Shown here: positions 49,601 through 61,600 of the stretch, in pieces
Layout of the letters: every line of letters begins with the position of its first letter
Position numbering within the stretch: the stretch's first letter is position 1
NCBI RefSeq assembly: GCF_009914755.1
Contig: NC_060944.1
Length of the DNA: 64,000 nucleotides
Origin: the human T2T-CHM13v2.0 reference genome, Homo sapiens
Direction: 5' to 3' (one strand)
Made by a program: the position numbers and the translations under genes
Notes under the pieces: generated by a model
Seen by the model: the letters and a program-made list of their open reading frames with translations, nothing else
Told to the model about the DNA's origin: nothing
Database searches by the model: none

Positions 49601-52600
49601 TCAGATAAACTCTAGACAGAAGCATTCTCAGAAACTTCTTTGGGATGTTGCATTCAAGTCACAGAGTAGAACATTCCCATTCATAGAGCAGATTTGAAAC
49701 ACTCTTTTTGTAGTATCTGGAAGTGGACATTTGGAACGCTTTCAGGCCTATGTTGAAAAAGGAAATATCTTCCCATAAAAACTAGACGGAAGCATTCTCA
49801 GAAACTTACTTGTGATGTGTTTGCTCAACTAACAGAATTGAACCATCGTTTTGAAGGAGCAGTTTTGAAACACTGTTTTCGTGGAATCTGCAAGTGGATA
49901 TTTGGCTAGCTTTGAGCATTTCGTTGGAAACGGGATTACATATAAAAAGGAGACAGCAGCATTCTCAGAAACTTCTCTGTGATGTCTGCATTCAAGTCAC
50001 AGAGTTGAGCATTCCCTTTCATAGAGCAGGTTGGAAACGTTCTTTTTGTAGTATCTGGATGAGGACATTTGGAGCGCTTTCAGGCCTATGGTGAAAAAGG
50101 AAATATCTTCCCGTAAAAACTAGACAGAAGCATTCTCAGAAATTTATTTGTGATGTGTGCCTTCAACTAACAGAGTTGAACCTTTCTTTTGATAGAGCAG
50201 TTTTGAAACACTCTTTTTGTAAAATCTGCAAGAGGATATTTGGATAGCTTTGAGGATTTCATTGCAAACGGGAATGGCTTCATATAAACTCTAGACAGAA
50301 GCATTCTCAGAAACTTCGTTGGGATGTTTCGATTGAAGTCCCAGTGTTGAACATTCCCTTTTATAGAGCAGGTTGGAAACACTCTTTCTGCATTCCCTGG
50401 AAGTGGACATTTGGAGCGCTTTCAGGACGACGGTGAAAATGGAAATATCTTCCAATAAAATCTAGATAGAAGCAACGTCAGAAACTTTTATGTGATGGAT
50501 CTACTCAGCTAACAGAGTTGAACCTTTCTTTTGAGAGAGCAGTTTTGCAACACTCTTTTTGTGGAATATGCAAGTGGATATTAGGGCAGCTTTGAGGATT
50601 TCGTTGGAAACGGGAATACATGTAAAAAGCAGACAGCAGCATTCTCAGAGAATTCTTTGTGATGTTTGCATTGAAGTCACAGAGTTGAACATTCCCTTTG
50701 AGAGAGCAGGTTTGAAACACGCCTTTTGTCATATCTGGAAGTGTCCATTCGGAGCGCATTCAGGCTTGTGTTGAAAAAGGAAATATCCTCCCATAAAAAC
50801 TAGACAGAAGCATTCTCAGAAACTTATTTGTGATGTATGTACTCAACTAACAGAACTAAACCATCGTTTTGAAGGAGCAGTTTTGAAACACTCTTTTTGC
50901 GGAATCTGCAAGTGGATATTTGGCTAGCTGGGAGGATTTCGTTGGAAACGGGATTACATACAAAAAGCAGAGAGCAGCATTCTCAGAAACTTCTTTGTGA
51001 TGTTTGCATTCAAGTCACAGAGTTGAACATTCCCTTTCATAGAGCAGGTTTGAAACACTCTTTTTGTAGTATCTGGATGTGGACATTTGGATCGCTTTCA
51101 GGTCTTTGGTGAAAAAGGAAATATCTTCCCATGAAAACTAGACAGAAGCATTCTCAGAAACTTATTTGTGATGTGTGCCCTCAACTGACAGTGTTGAACC
51201 TTTGTTTTGATAGAGCAGTTCTGAAACACACTTTTTGTAAAATCTGCAAGAGGATATTTGGATAGCTTTGAGGATTTCGTTGGAAACGGGAATGTCTTCA
51301 TGTAAACTCTAGACAGAAGCATTCTCAGAAACTGCTTTGGGATGTTTCAATTGAAGTCCCAGTGTTGAACATTCCCTTTCATAGAGCAGGTTTGAAACAC
51401 TCTTTTTGTACTATCTGGAAGTGGACATTTGGAGCGCTTTCAGGTCTACGGTGAAAAAGGAGATATCTTCCAATAAAAACTAGATAGAAGCAATGTCAGA
51501 ACTTTTTTCATGATGTATCTACTCAGCAAACAGAGTTGAACCTTTCTTTTGAGAGAGCAGTTTTGAAACACTCTTTTTGTGGAATATGCAAGTGGGTATT
51601 AGGCCAGCTTGGAGGATTTCGTTGGAAACGGGAATACGTATAAAAAGCAGACAGCAGCATTGTCAGAAACTACTTTGTGATGTTTGCATTCAAGTCACAG
51701 AATTGAACACTCCCTTTCACAGAGCAGGTTTGAAACACTCTTTTTGTAGTGTCTGTAAGTGAACATTTGGATTGCTTTCAGGCCTAAGGTGAAAAAGGAA
51801 ATATCTTCCCATAAAAACTAGACAGAAGCATTCTCAGAAACTTGTTTGTGATGTGTGCCCTCTACTGACAGAGTTGAACCTTTCTTTGCAAAGAGCAGTT
51901 TTGAAACACTCTTTTTGTAGAATCTGCAAGAGGATATTTGGATAGCTTTGAGGATTTCTTGGGAAACGGGAATGTCTTCAGATAAACTCTAGACAGAAGC
52001 ATTCTCAGAAACTTCTTTGGGATGTTTCAATTGAAGTCACAGTGTTGAACATTCCCTTTCACAGAGCAGGTTTGAAACACTCTTTTTGTAGTGTCTATAA
52101 GTGAACATTTGGCGTGCTTTCAGGCCTAACGTGAAAAAGGAAATATCTTCCCATAAAAACTAGACAGAAGCATTCTCAGAAACTTGTTCGTGATGTGTGC
52201 CCTCTACTGACAGAGTTGAACCTTTCTTTCCAAAGAGCAGCTTTGAAACACTCTTTTTGTAGAATCTGCAAGAGGATATTTGGATAGCTTTGAGGATTTC
52301 GTTGGAAACGGGTATGTCTTCAGATAAACTCTAGACAGAAGCATTCTCAGAAACTTCTTTGGGATGTTGCATTCAAGTCACAGAGTAGAACATTCCCATT
52401 CATAGAGCAGATTTGAAACACTCTTTTTGTAGTATCTGGAAGTGGACATTTGGAGCGCTTTCAGGCCTATGTTGAAAAAGGAAATATCTTCCCATAAAAA
52501 CTAGACGGAAGCATTCTCAGAAACTTACTTGTGATGTGTTTGCTCAACTAACAGAATTGAACCATCGTTTTGAAGGAGCAGTTTTGAAACACTGTTTTCG

Positions 52601-55600
52601 TGGAATCTGCAAGTGGATATTTGGCTAGCTTTGAGGATTTCGTTGGAAACGGGATTACATATAAAAAGGAGACAGCAGCATTCTCAGAAACTTCTTTGTG
52701 ATGTCTGCATTCAAGTCACAGAGTTGAGCATTCCCTTTCATAGAGCAGGTTGGAAACACTCTTTTTGTAGTGTCTGGATGAGGACATTTGGAGCGCTTTC
52801 AGGCGTATGGTGAAAAAGGAAATATCTTCCCGTAAAAACTAGACAGAAGCATTCTCAGAAATTTATTTGTGATGTGTGCCCTCAACTAACAGAGTTGAAC
52901 CTTTCTTTTGATAGAGCAGTTTTGAAACACTCTTTTTGTAAAATCTGCAAGAGGATATTTGGATAGCTTTGAGGATTTCGTTGCAAACGGGAATGGCTTC
53001 ATATAAAGTCTAGACAGAAGCATTCTCAGAAACTTCGTTGGGATGTTTCGATTGAAGTCCCAGTGTTGAACATTCCCTTTTATAGAGCAGGTTGGAAACA
53101 CTCTTTTTGCATTCCCTGGAAGTGGACATTTGGAGCGCTTTCAGGACGACGGTGAAAATGGAAATATCTTCCAATAAAATCTAGATAGAAGCAACGTCAG
53201 AAACTTTTATGTGATGGATCTACTCAGCTAACAGAGTTGAACCTTTCTTTTGAGAGAGCAGTTTTGCAACACTCTTTTTGTGGAATATGCAAGTGGATAT
53301 TAGGGCAGCTTTGAGGATTTCGTTGGAAACGGGAATACATGTAAAAAGCAGACAGCAGCATTCTCAGAGAATTCTTTGTGATGTTTGCATTGAAGTCACA
53401 GAGTTGAACATTCCCTTTGAGAGAGCAGGTTTGAAACACGCCTTTTGTCATATCTGGAAGTGTCCATTCGGAGCGCATTCAGGCTTGTGTTGAAAAAGGA
53501 AATATCCTCCCATAAAAACTAGACAGAAGCATTCTCAGAGACTTATCTGTGATGTATGTACTCAACTAACAAAACTAAACCATCGTTTTGAAGGAGCAGT
53601 TTTGAAACACTCTTTTTGCGGAATCTGCAAGTGGATATTTGGCTAGCTGGGACGATTTCGTTGGAAACGGGATTACATACAAAAAGCAGACAGCAGCATT
53701 CTCAGAAACTTCTTTGTGATGTTTGCATTCAAGTCACAGAGTTGAACATTCCCTTTCATAGAGCAGGTTTGAAACACTCTTTTTGTAGTATCTGGATGTG
53801 GACATTTGGATCGCTTTCAGGCCTATGGTGAAAAAGGAAATATCTTCCCATGAAAACTAGACAGAAGCATTCTCAGAAACTTATTTGTGATGTGTGCCCT
53901 CAACTGACAGTGTTGAACCTTTGTTTTGATAGAGCAGTTCTGAAACACACTTTTTGTAAAATCTGCAAGAGGATATTTGGATAGCTTTGAGGATTTCGTT
54001 GGAAACGGGAATGTCTTCATGTAAACTCTAGACAGAAGCATTCTCAGAAACTGCTTTGGGATGTTTCAATTGAAGTCCCAGTGTTGAACATTCCCTTTCA
54101 TAGAGCAGGTTTGAAACACTCTTTTTGTACTATCTGGAAGTGGACATTTGGAGCGCTTTCAGGTCTACGGTGAAAAAGGAGATATCTTCCAATAAAAACT
54201 AGATAGAAGCAATGTCAGAACTTTTTTCATGATGTATCTACTCAGCAAACAGAGTTGAACCTTTCTTTTGAGAGAGCAGTTTTGAAACACTCTTTTTGTG
54301 GAATATGCAAGTGGGTATTAGGCCAGCTTGGAGGATTTCGTTGGAAACGGGAATACGTATAAAAAGCAGACAGCAGCATTGTCAGAAACTACTTTGTGAT
54401 GTTTGCATTCAAGTCACAGAATTGAACACTCCCTTTCACAGAGCAGGTTTGAAACACTCTTTTTGTAGTGTCTGTAAGTGAACATTTGGATTGCTTTCAG
54501 GCCTAAGGTGAAAAAGGAAATATCTTCCCATAAAAACTAGACAGAAGCATTCTCAGAAACTTGTTTGTGATGTGTGCCCTCTACTGACAGAGTTGAAGCT
54601 TTCTTTGCAAAGAGCAGTTTTGAAACACTCTTTTTGTAGAATCTGCAAGAGGATATTTGGATAGCTTTGAGGATTTCTTGGGAAACGGGAATGTCTTCAG
54701 ATAAACTCTAGACAGAAGCATTCTCAGAAACTTCTTTGGGATGTTTCAATTGAAGTCACAGTGTTGAACATTCCCTTTCACAGAGCAGGTTTGAAACACT
54801 CTTTTTGTAGTGTCTATAAGTGAACATTTGGCGTGATTTCAGGCCTAACGTGAAAAAGGAAATATCTTCCCATAAAAACTAGACAGAAGCATTCTCAGAA
54901 ACTTGTTCGTGATGTGTGCCCTCTAACTGACAGAGTGGAACCTTTCTTTGCAAAGAGCAGCTTTGAAACACTCTTTTTGTAGAATCTGCAAGAGGATATT
55001 TGGATAGCTTTGAGGATTTCGTTGGAAACGGGTATGTCTTCAGATAAACTCTAGACAGAAGCATTCTCAGAAACTTCTTTGGGATGTTGCATTCAAGTCA
55101 CAGAGTAGAACATTCACATTCATAGAGCAGATTTGAAACACTCTTTTTGTAGTATCTGGAAGTGGACATTTGGAACGCTTTCAGGCCTATGTTGAAAAAG
55201 GAAATATCTTCCCATAAAAACTAGACGGAAGCATTCTCAGAAACTTACTTGTGATGTGTTTGCTCAACTAACAGAATTGAACCATCGTTTTGAAGGAGCA
55301 GTTTTGAAACACTGTTTTCGTGGAATCTGCAAGTGGATATTTGGCTAGCTTTGAGGATTTCGTTGGAAACGGGATTACATATAAAAAGGAGACAGCAGCA
55401 TTCTCAGAAACTTCTTTGTGATGTCTGCATTCAAGTCACAGAGTTGAGCATTCCCTTTCATAGAGCAGGTTGGAAACACTCTTTTTGTAGTATCTGGATG
55501 AGGACATTTGGAGCGCTTTCAGGCGTATGGTGAAAAAGGAAATATCTTCCCGTAAAAACTAGACAGAAGCATTCTCAGAAATTTATTTGTGATGTGTGCC

Positions 55601-58600
55601 TTCAACTAACAGAGTTGAACCTTTCTTTTGATAGAGCAGTTTTGAAACACTCTTTTTGTAAAATCTGCAAGAGGATATTTGGATAGCTTTGAGGATTTCA
55701 TTGCAAACGGGAATGGCTTCATATAAACTCTAGACAGAAGCATTCTCAGAAACTTCGTTGGGATGTTTCGATTGAAGTCCCAGTGTTGAACATTCCCTTT
55801 TATAGAGCAGGTTGGAAACACTCTTTCTGCATTCCCTGGAAGAGGACATTTGGAGCGCTTTCAGGACGACGGTGAAAATGGAAATATCTTCCAATAAAAT
55901 CTAGATAGAAGCAACGTCAGAAACTTTTATGTGATGGATCTACTCAGCTAACAGAGTTGAACCTTTCTTTTGAGAGAGCAGTTTTGCAACACTCTTTTTG
56001 TGGAATATGCAAGTGGATATTAGGGCAGCTTTGAGGATTTCGTTGGAAACGGGAATACATGTAAAAAGCAGACAGCAGCATTCTCAGAGAATTCTTTGTG
56101 ATGTTTGCATTGAAGTCACAGAGTTGAACATTCCCTTTGAGAGAGCAGGTTTGAAACACGCCTTTTGTCATATCTGGAAGTGTCCATTCGGAGCGCATTC
56201 AGGCTTGTGTTGAAAAAGGAAATATCCTCCCATAAAAACTATACAGAAGCATTCTCAGAAACTTATTTGTGATGTATGTACTCAACTAACAGAACTAAAC
56301 CATCGTTTTGAAGGAGCAGTTTTGAAACACTCTTTTTGCGGAATCTGCAAGTGGATATTTGGCTAGCTGGGACGATTTCGTTGGAAACGGGATTACATAC
56401 AAAAAGCAGAGAGCAGCATTCTCAGAAACTTCTTTGTGATGTTTGCATTCAAGTCACAGAGTTGAACATTCCCTTTCATAGAGCAGGTTTGAAACACTCT
56501 TTTTGTAGTATCTGGATGTGGACATTTGGATCGCTTTCAGGTCTTTGGTGAAAAAGGAAATATCTTCCCATGAAAACTAGACAGAAGCATTCTCAGAAAC
56601 TTATTTGTGATGTGTGCCCTCAACTGACAGTGTTGAACCTTTGTTTTGATAGAGCAGTTCTGAAACACACTTTTTGTAAAATCTGCAAGAGGATATTTGG
56701 ATAGCTTTGAGGATTTCGTTGGAAACGGGAATGTCTTCATGTAAACTCTAGACAGAAGCATTCTCAGAAACTGCTTTGGGATGTTTCAATTGAAGTCCCA
56801 GTGTTGAACATTCCCTTTCATAGAGCAGGTTTGAAACACTCTTTTTGTACTATCTGGAAGTGGACATTTGGAGCGCTTTCAGGTCTACGGTGAAAAAGGA
56901 GATATCTTCCAATAAAAACTAGATAGAAGCAATGTCAGAACTTTTTTCATGATGTATCTACTCAGCAAACAGAGTTGAACCTTTCTTTTGAGAGAGCAGT
57001 TTTGAAACACTCTTTTTGTGGAATATGCAAGTGGGTATTAGGCCAGCTTGGAGGATTTCGTTGGAAACGGGAATACGTATAAAAAGCAGACAGCAGCATT
57101 GTCAGAAACTACTTTGTGATGTTTGCATTCAAGTCACAGAATTGAACACTCCCTTTCACAGAGCAGGTTTGAAACACTCTTTTTGTAGTGTCTGTAAGTG
57201 AACATTTGGATTGCTTTCAGGCCTAAGGTGAAAAAGGAAATATCTTCCCATAAAAACTAGACAGAAGCATTCTCAGAAACTTGTTTGTGATGTGTGCCCT
57301 CTACTGACAGAGTTGAACCTTTCTTTGCAAAGAGCAGTTTTGAAACACTCTTTTTGTAGAATCTGCAAGAGGATATTTGGATAGCTTTGAGGATTTCTTG
57401 GGAAACGGGAATGTCTTCAGATAAACTCTAGACAGAAGCATTCTCAGAAACTTCTTTGGGATGTTTCAATTGAAGTCACAGTGTTGAACATTCCCTTTCA
57501 CAGAGCAGGTTTGAAACACTCTTTTTGTAGTGTCTATAAGTGAACATTTGGCGTGCTTTCAGGCCTAACGTGAAAAAGGAAATATCTTCCCATAAAAACT
57601 AGACAGAAGCATTCTCAGAAACTTGTTCGTGATGTGTGCCCTCTACTGACAGAGTTGAACCTTTCTTTCCAAAGAGCAGCTTTGAAACACTCTTTTTGTA
57701 GAATCTGCAAGAGGATATTTGGATAGCTTTGAGGATTTCGTTGGAAACGGGTATGTCTTCAGATAAACTCTAGACAGAAGCATTCTCAGAAACTTCTTTG
57801 GGATGTTGCATTCAAGTCACAGAGTAGAACATTCCCATTCATAGAGCAGATTTGAAACACTCTTTTTGTAGTATCTGGAAGTGGACATTTGGAGCGCTTT
57901 CAGGCCTATGTTGAAAAAGGAAATATCTTCCCATAAAAACTAGACGGAAGCATTCTCAGAAACTTACTTGTGATGTGTTTGCTCAACTAACAGAATTGAA
58001 CCATCGTTTTGAAGGAGCAGTTTTGAAACACTGTTTTCGTGGAATCTGCAAGTGGATATTTGGCTAGCTTTGAGGATTTCGTTGGAAACGGGATTACATA
58101 TAAAAAGGAGACAGCAGCATTCTCAGAAACTTCTTTGTGATGTCTGCATTCAAGTCACAGAGTTGAGCATTCCCTTTCATAGAGCAGGTTGGAAACGCTC
58201 TTTTTGTAGTATCTGGATGAGGACATTTGGAGCGCTTTCAGGCCTATGGTGAAAAAGGAAATATCTTCCCGTAAAAACTAGACAGAAGCATTCTCAGAAA
58301 TTTATTTGTGATGTGTGCCTTCAACTAACAGAGTTGAACCTTTCTTTTGATAGAGCAGTTTTGAAACACTCTTTTTGTAAAATCTGCAAGAGGATATTTG
58401 GATAGCTTTGAGGATTTCATTGCAAACGGGAATGGCTTCATATAAACTCTAGACAGAAGCATTCTCAGAAACTTCGTTGGGATGTTTCGATTGAAGTCCC
58501 AGTGTTGAACATTCCCTTTTATAGAGCAGGTTGGAAACACTCTTTCTGCATTCCCTGGAAGTGGACATTTGGAGCGCTTTCAGGACGACGGTGAAAATGG

Positions 58601-61600
58601 AAATATCTTCCAATAAAATCTAGATAGAAGCAACGTCAGAAACTTTTATGTGATGGATCTACTCAGCTAACAGAGTTGAACCTTTCTTTTGAGAGAGCAG
58701 TTTTGCAACACTCTTTTTGTGGAATATGCAAGTGGATATTAGGGCAGCTTTGAGGATTTCGTTGGAAACGGGAATACATGTAAAAAGCAGACAGCAGCAT
58801 TCTCAGAGAATTCTTTGTGATGTTTGCATTGAAGTCACAGAGTTGAACATTCCCTTTGAGAGAGCAGGTTTGAAACACGCCTTTTGTCATATCTGGAAGT
58901 GTCCATTCGGAGCGCATTCAGGCTTGTGTTGAAAAAGGAAATATCCTCCCATAAAAACTAGACAGAAGCATTCTCAGAAACTTATTTGTGATGTATGTAC
59001 TCAACTAACAGAACTAAACCATCGTTTTGAAGGAGCAGTTTTGAAACACTCTTTTTGCGGAATCTGCAAGTGGATATTTGGCTAGCTGGGAGGATTTCGT
59101 TGGAAACGGGATTACATACAAAAAGCAGAGAGCAGCATTCTCAGAAACTTCTTTGTGATGTTTGCATTCAAGTCACAGAGTTGAACATTCCCTTTCATAG
59201 AGCAGGTTTGAAACACTCTTTTTGTAGTATCTGGATGTGGACATTTGGATCGCTTTCAGGTCTTTGGTGAAAAAGGAAATATCTTCCCATGAAAACTAGA
59301 CAGAAGCATTCTCAGAAACTTATTTGTGATGTGTGCCCTCAACTGACAGTGTTGAACCTTTGTTTTGATAGAGCAGTTCTGAAACACACTTTTTGTAAAA
59401 TCTGCAAGAGGATATTTGGATAGCTTTGAGGATTTCGTTGGAAACGGGAATGTCTTCATGTAAACTCTAGACAGAAGCATTCTCAGAAACTGCTTTGGGA
59501 TGTTTCAATTGAAGTCCCAGTGTTGAACATTCCCTTTCATAGAGCAGGTTTGAAACACTCTTTTTGTACTATCTGGAAGTGGACATTTGGAGCGCTTTCA
59601 GGTCTACGGTGAAAAAGGAGATATCTTCCAATAAAAACTAGATAGAAGCAATGTCAGAACTTTTTTCATGATGTATCTACTCAGCAAACAGAGTTGAACC
59701 TTTCTTTTGAGAGAGCAGTTTTGAAACACTCTTTTTGTGGAATATGCAAGTGGGTATTAGGCCAGCTTGGAGGATTTCGTTGGAAACGGGAATACGTATA
59801 AAAAGCAGACAGCAGCATTGTCAGAAACTACTTTGTGATGTTTGCATTCAAGTCACAGAATTGAACACTCCCTTTCACAGAGCAGGTTTGAAACACTCTT
59901 TTTGTAGTGTCTGTAAGTGAACATTTGGATTGCTTTCAGGCCTAAGGTGAAAAAGGAAATATCTTCCCATAAAAACTAGACAGAAGCATTCTCAGAAACT
60001 TGTTTGTGATGTGTGCCCTCTACTGACAGAGTTGAACCTTTCTTTGCAAAGAGCAGTTTTGAAACACTCTTTTTGTAGAATCTGCAAGAGGATATTTGGA
60101 TAGCTTTGAGGATTTCTTGGGAAACGGGAATGTCTTCAGATAAACTCTAGACAGAAGCATTCTCAGAAACTTCTTTGGGATGTTTCAATTGAAGTCACAG
60201 TGTTGAACATTCCCTTTCACAGAGCAGGTTTGAAACACTCTTTTTGTAGTGTCTATAAGTGAACATTTGGCGTGCTTTCAGGCCTAACGTGAAAAAGGAA
60301 ATATCTTCCCATAAAAACTAGACAGAAGCATTCTCAGAAACTTGTTCGTGATGTGTGCCCTCTACTGACAGAGTTGAACCTTTCTTTCCAAAGAGCAGCT
60401 TTGAAACACTCTTTTTGTAGAATCTGCAAGAGGATATTTGGATAGCTTTGAGGATTTCGTTGGAAACGGGTATGTCTTCAGATAAACTCTAGACAGAAGC
60501 ATTCTCAGAAACTTCTTTGGGATGTTGCATTCAAGTCACAGAGTAGAACATTCCCATTCATAGAGCAGATTTGAAACACTCTTTTTGTAGTATCTGGAAG
60601 TGGACATTTGGAGCGCTTTCAGGCCTATGTTGAAAAAGGAAATATCTTCCCATAAAAACTAGACGGAAGCATTCTCAGAAACTTACTTGTGATGTGTTTG
60701 CTCAACTAACAGAATTGAACCATCGTTTTGAAGGAGCAGTTTTGAAACACTGTTTTCGTGGAATCTGCAAGTGGATATTTGGCTAGCTTTGAGGATTTCG
60801 TTGGAAACGGGATTACATATAAAAAGGAGACAGCAGCATTCTCAGAAACTTCTTTGTGATGTCTGCATTCAAGTCACAGAGTTGAGCATTCCCTTTCATA
60901 GAGCAGGTTGGAAACACTCTTTTTGTAGTGTCTGGATGAGGACATTTGGAGCGCTTTCAGGCCTATGGTGAAAAAGGAAATATCTTCCCGTAAAAACTAG
61001 ACAGAAGCATTCTCAGAAATTTATTTGTGATGTGTGCCCTCAACTAACAGAGTTGAACCTTTCTTTTGATAGAGCAGTTTTGAAACACTCTTTTTGTAAA
61101 ATCTGCAAGAGGATATTTGGATAGCTTTGAGGATTTCGTTGCAAACGGGAATGGCTTCATATAAAGTCTAGACAGAAGCATTCTCAGAAACTTCGTTGGG
61201 ATGTTTCGATTGAAGTCCCAGTGTTGAACATTCCCTTTTATAGAGCAGGTTGGAAACACTCTTTTTGCATTCCCTGGAAGTGGACATTTGGAGCGCTTTC
61301 AGGACGACGGTGAAAATGGAAATATCTTCCAATAAAATCTAGATAGAAGCAACGTCAGAAACTTTTATGTGATGGATCTACTCAGCTAACAGAGTTGAAC
61401 CTTTCTTTTGAGAGAGCAGTTTTGCAACACTCTTTTTGTGGAATATGCAAGTGGATATTAGGGCAGCTTTGAGGATTTCGTTGGAAACGGGAATACATGT
61501 AAAAAGCAGACAGCAGCATTCTCAGAGAATTCTTTGTGATGTTTGCATTGAAGTCACAGAGTTGAACATTCCCTTTGAGAGAGCAGGTTTGAAACACGCC

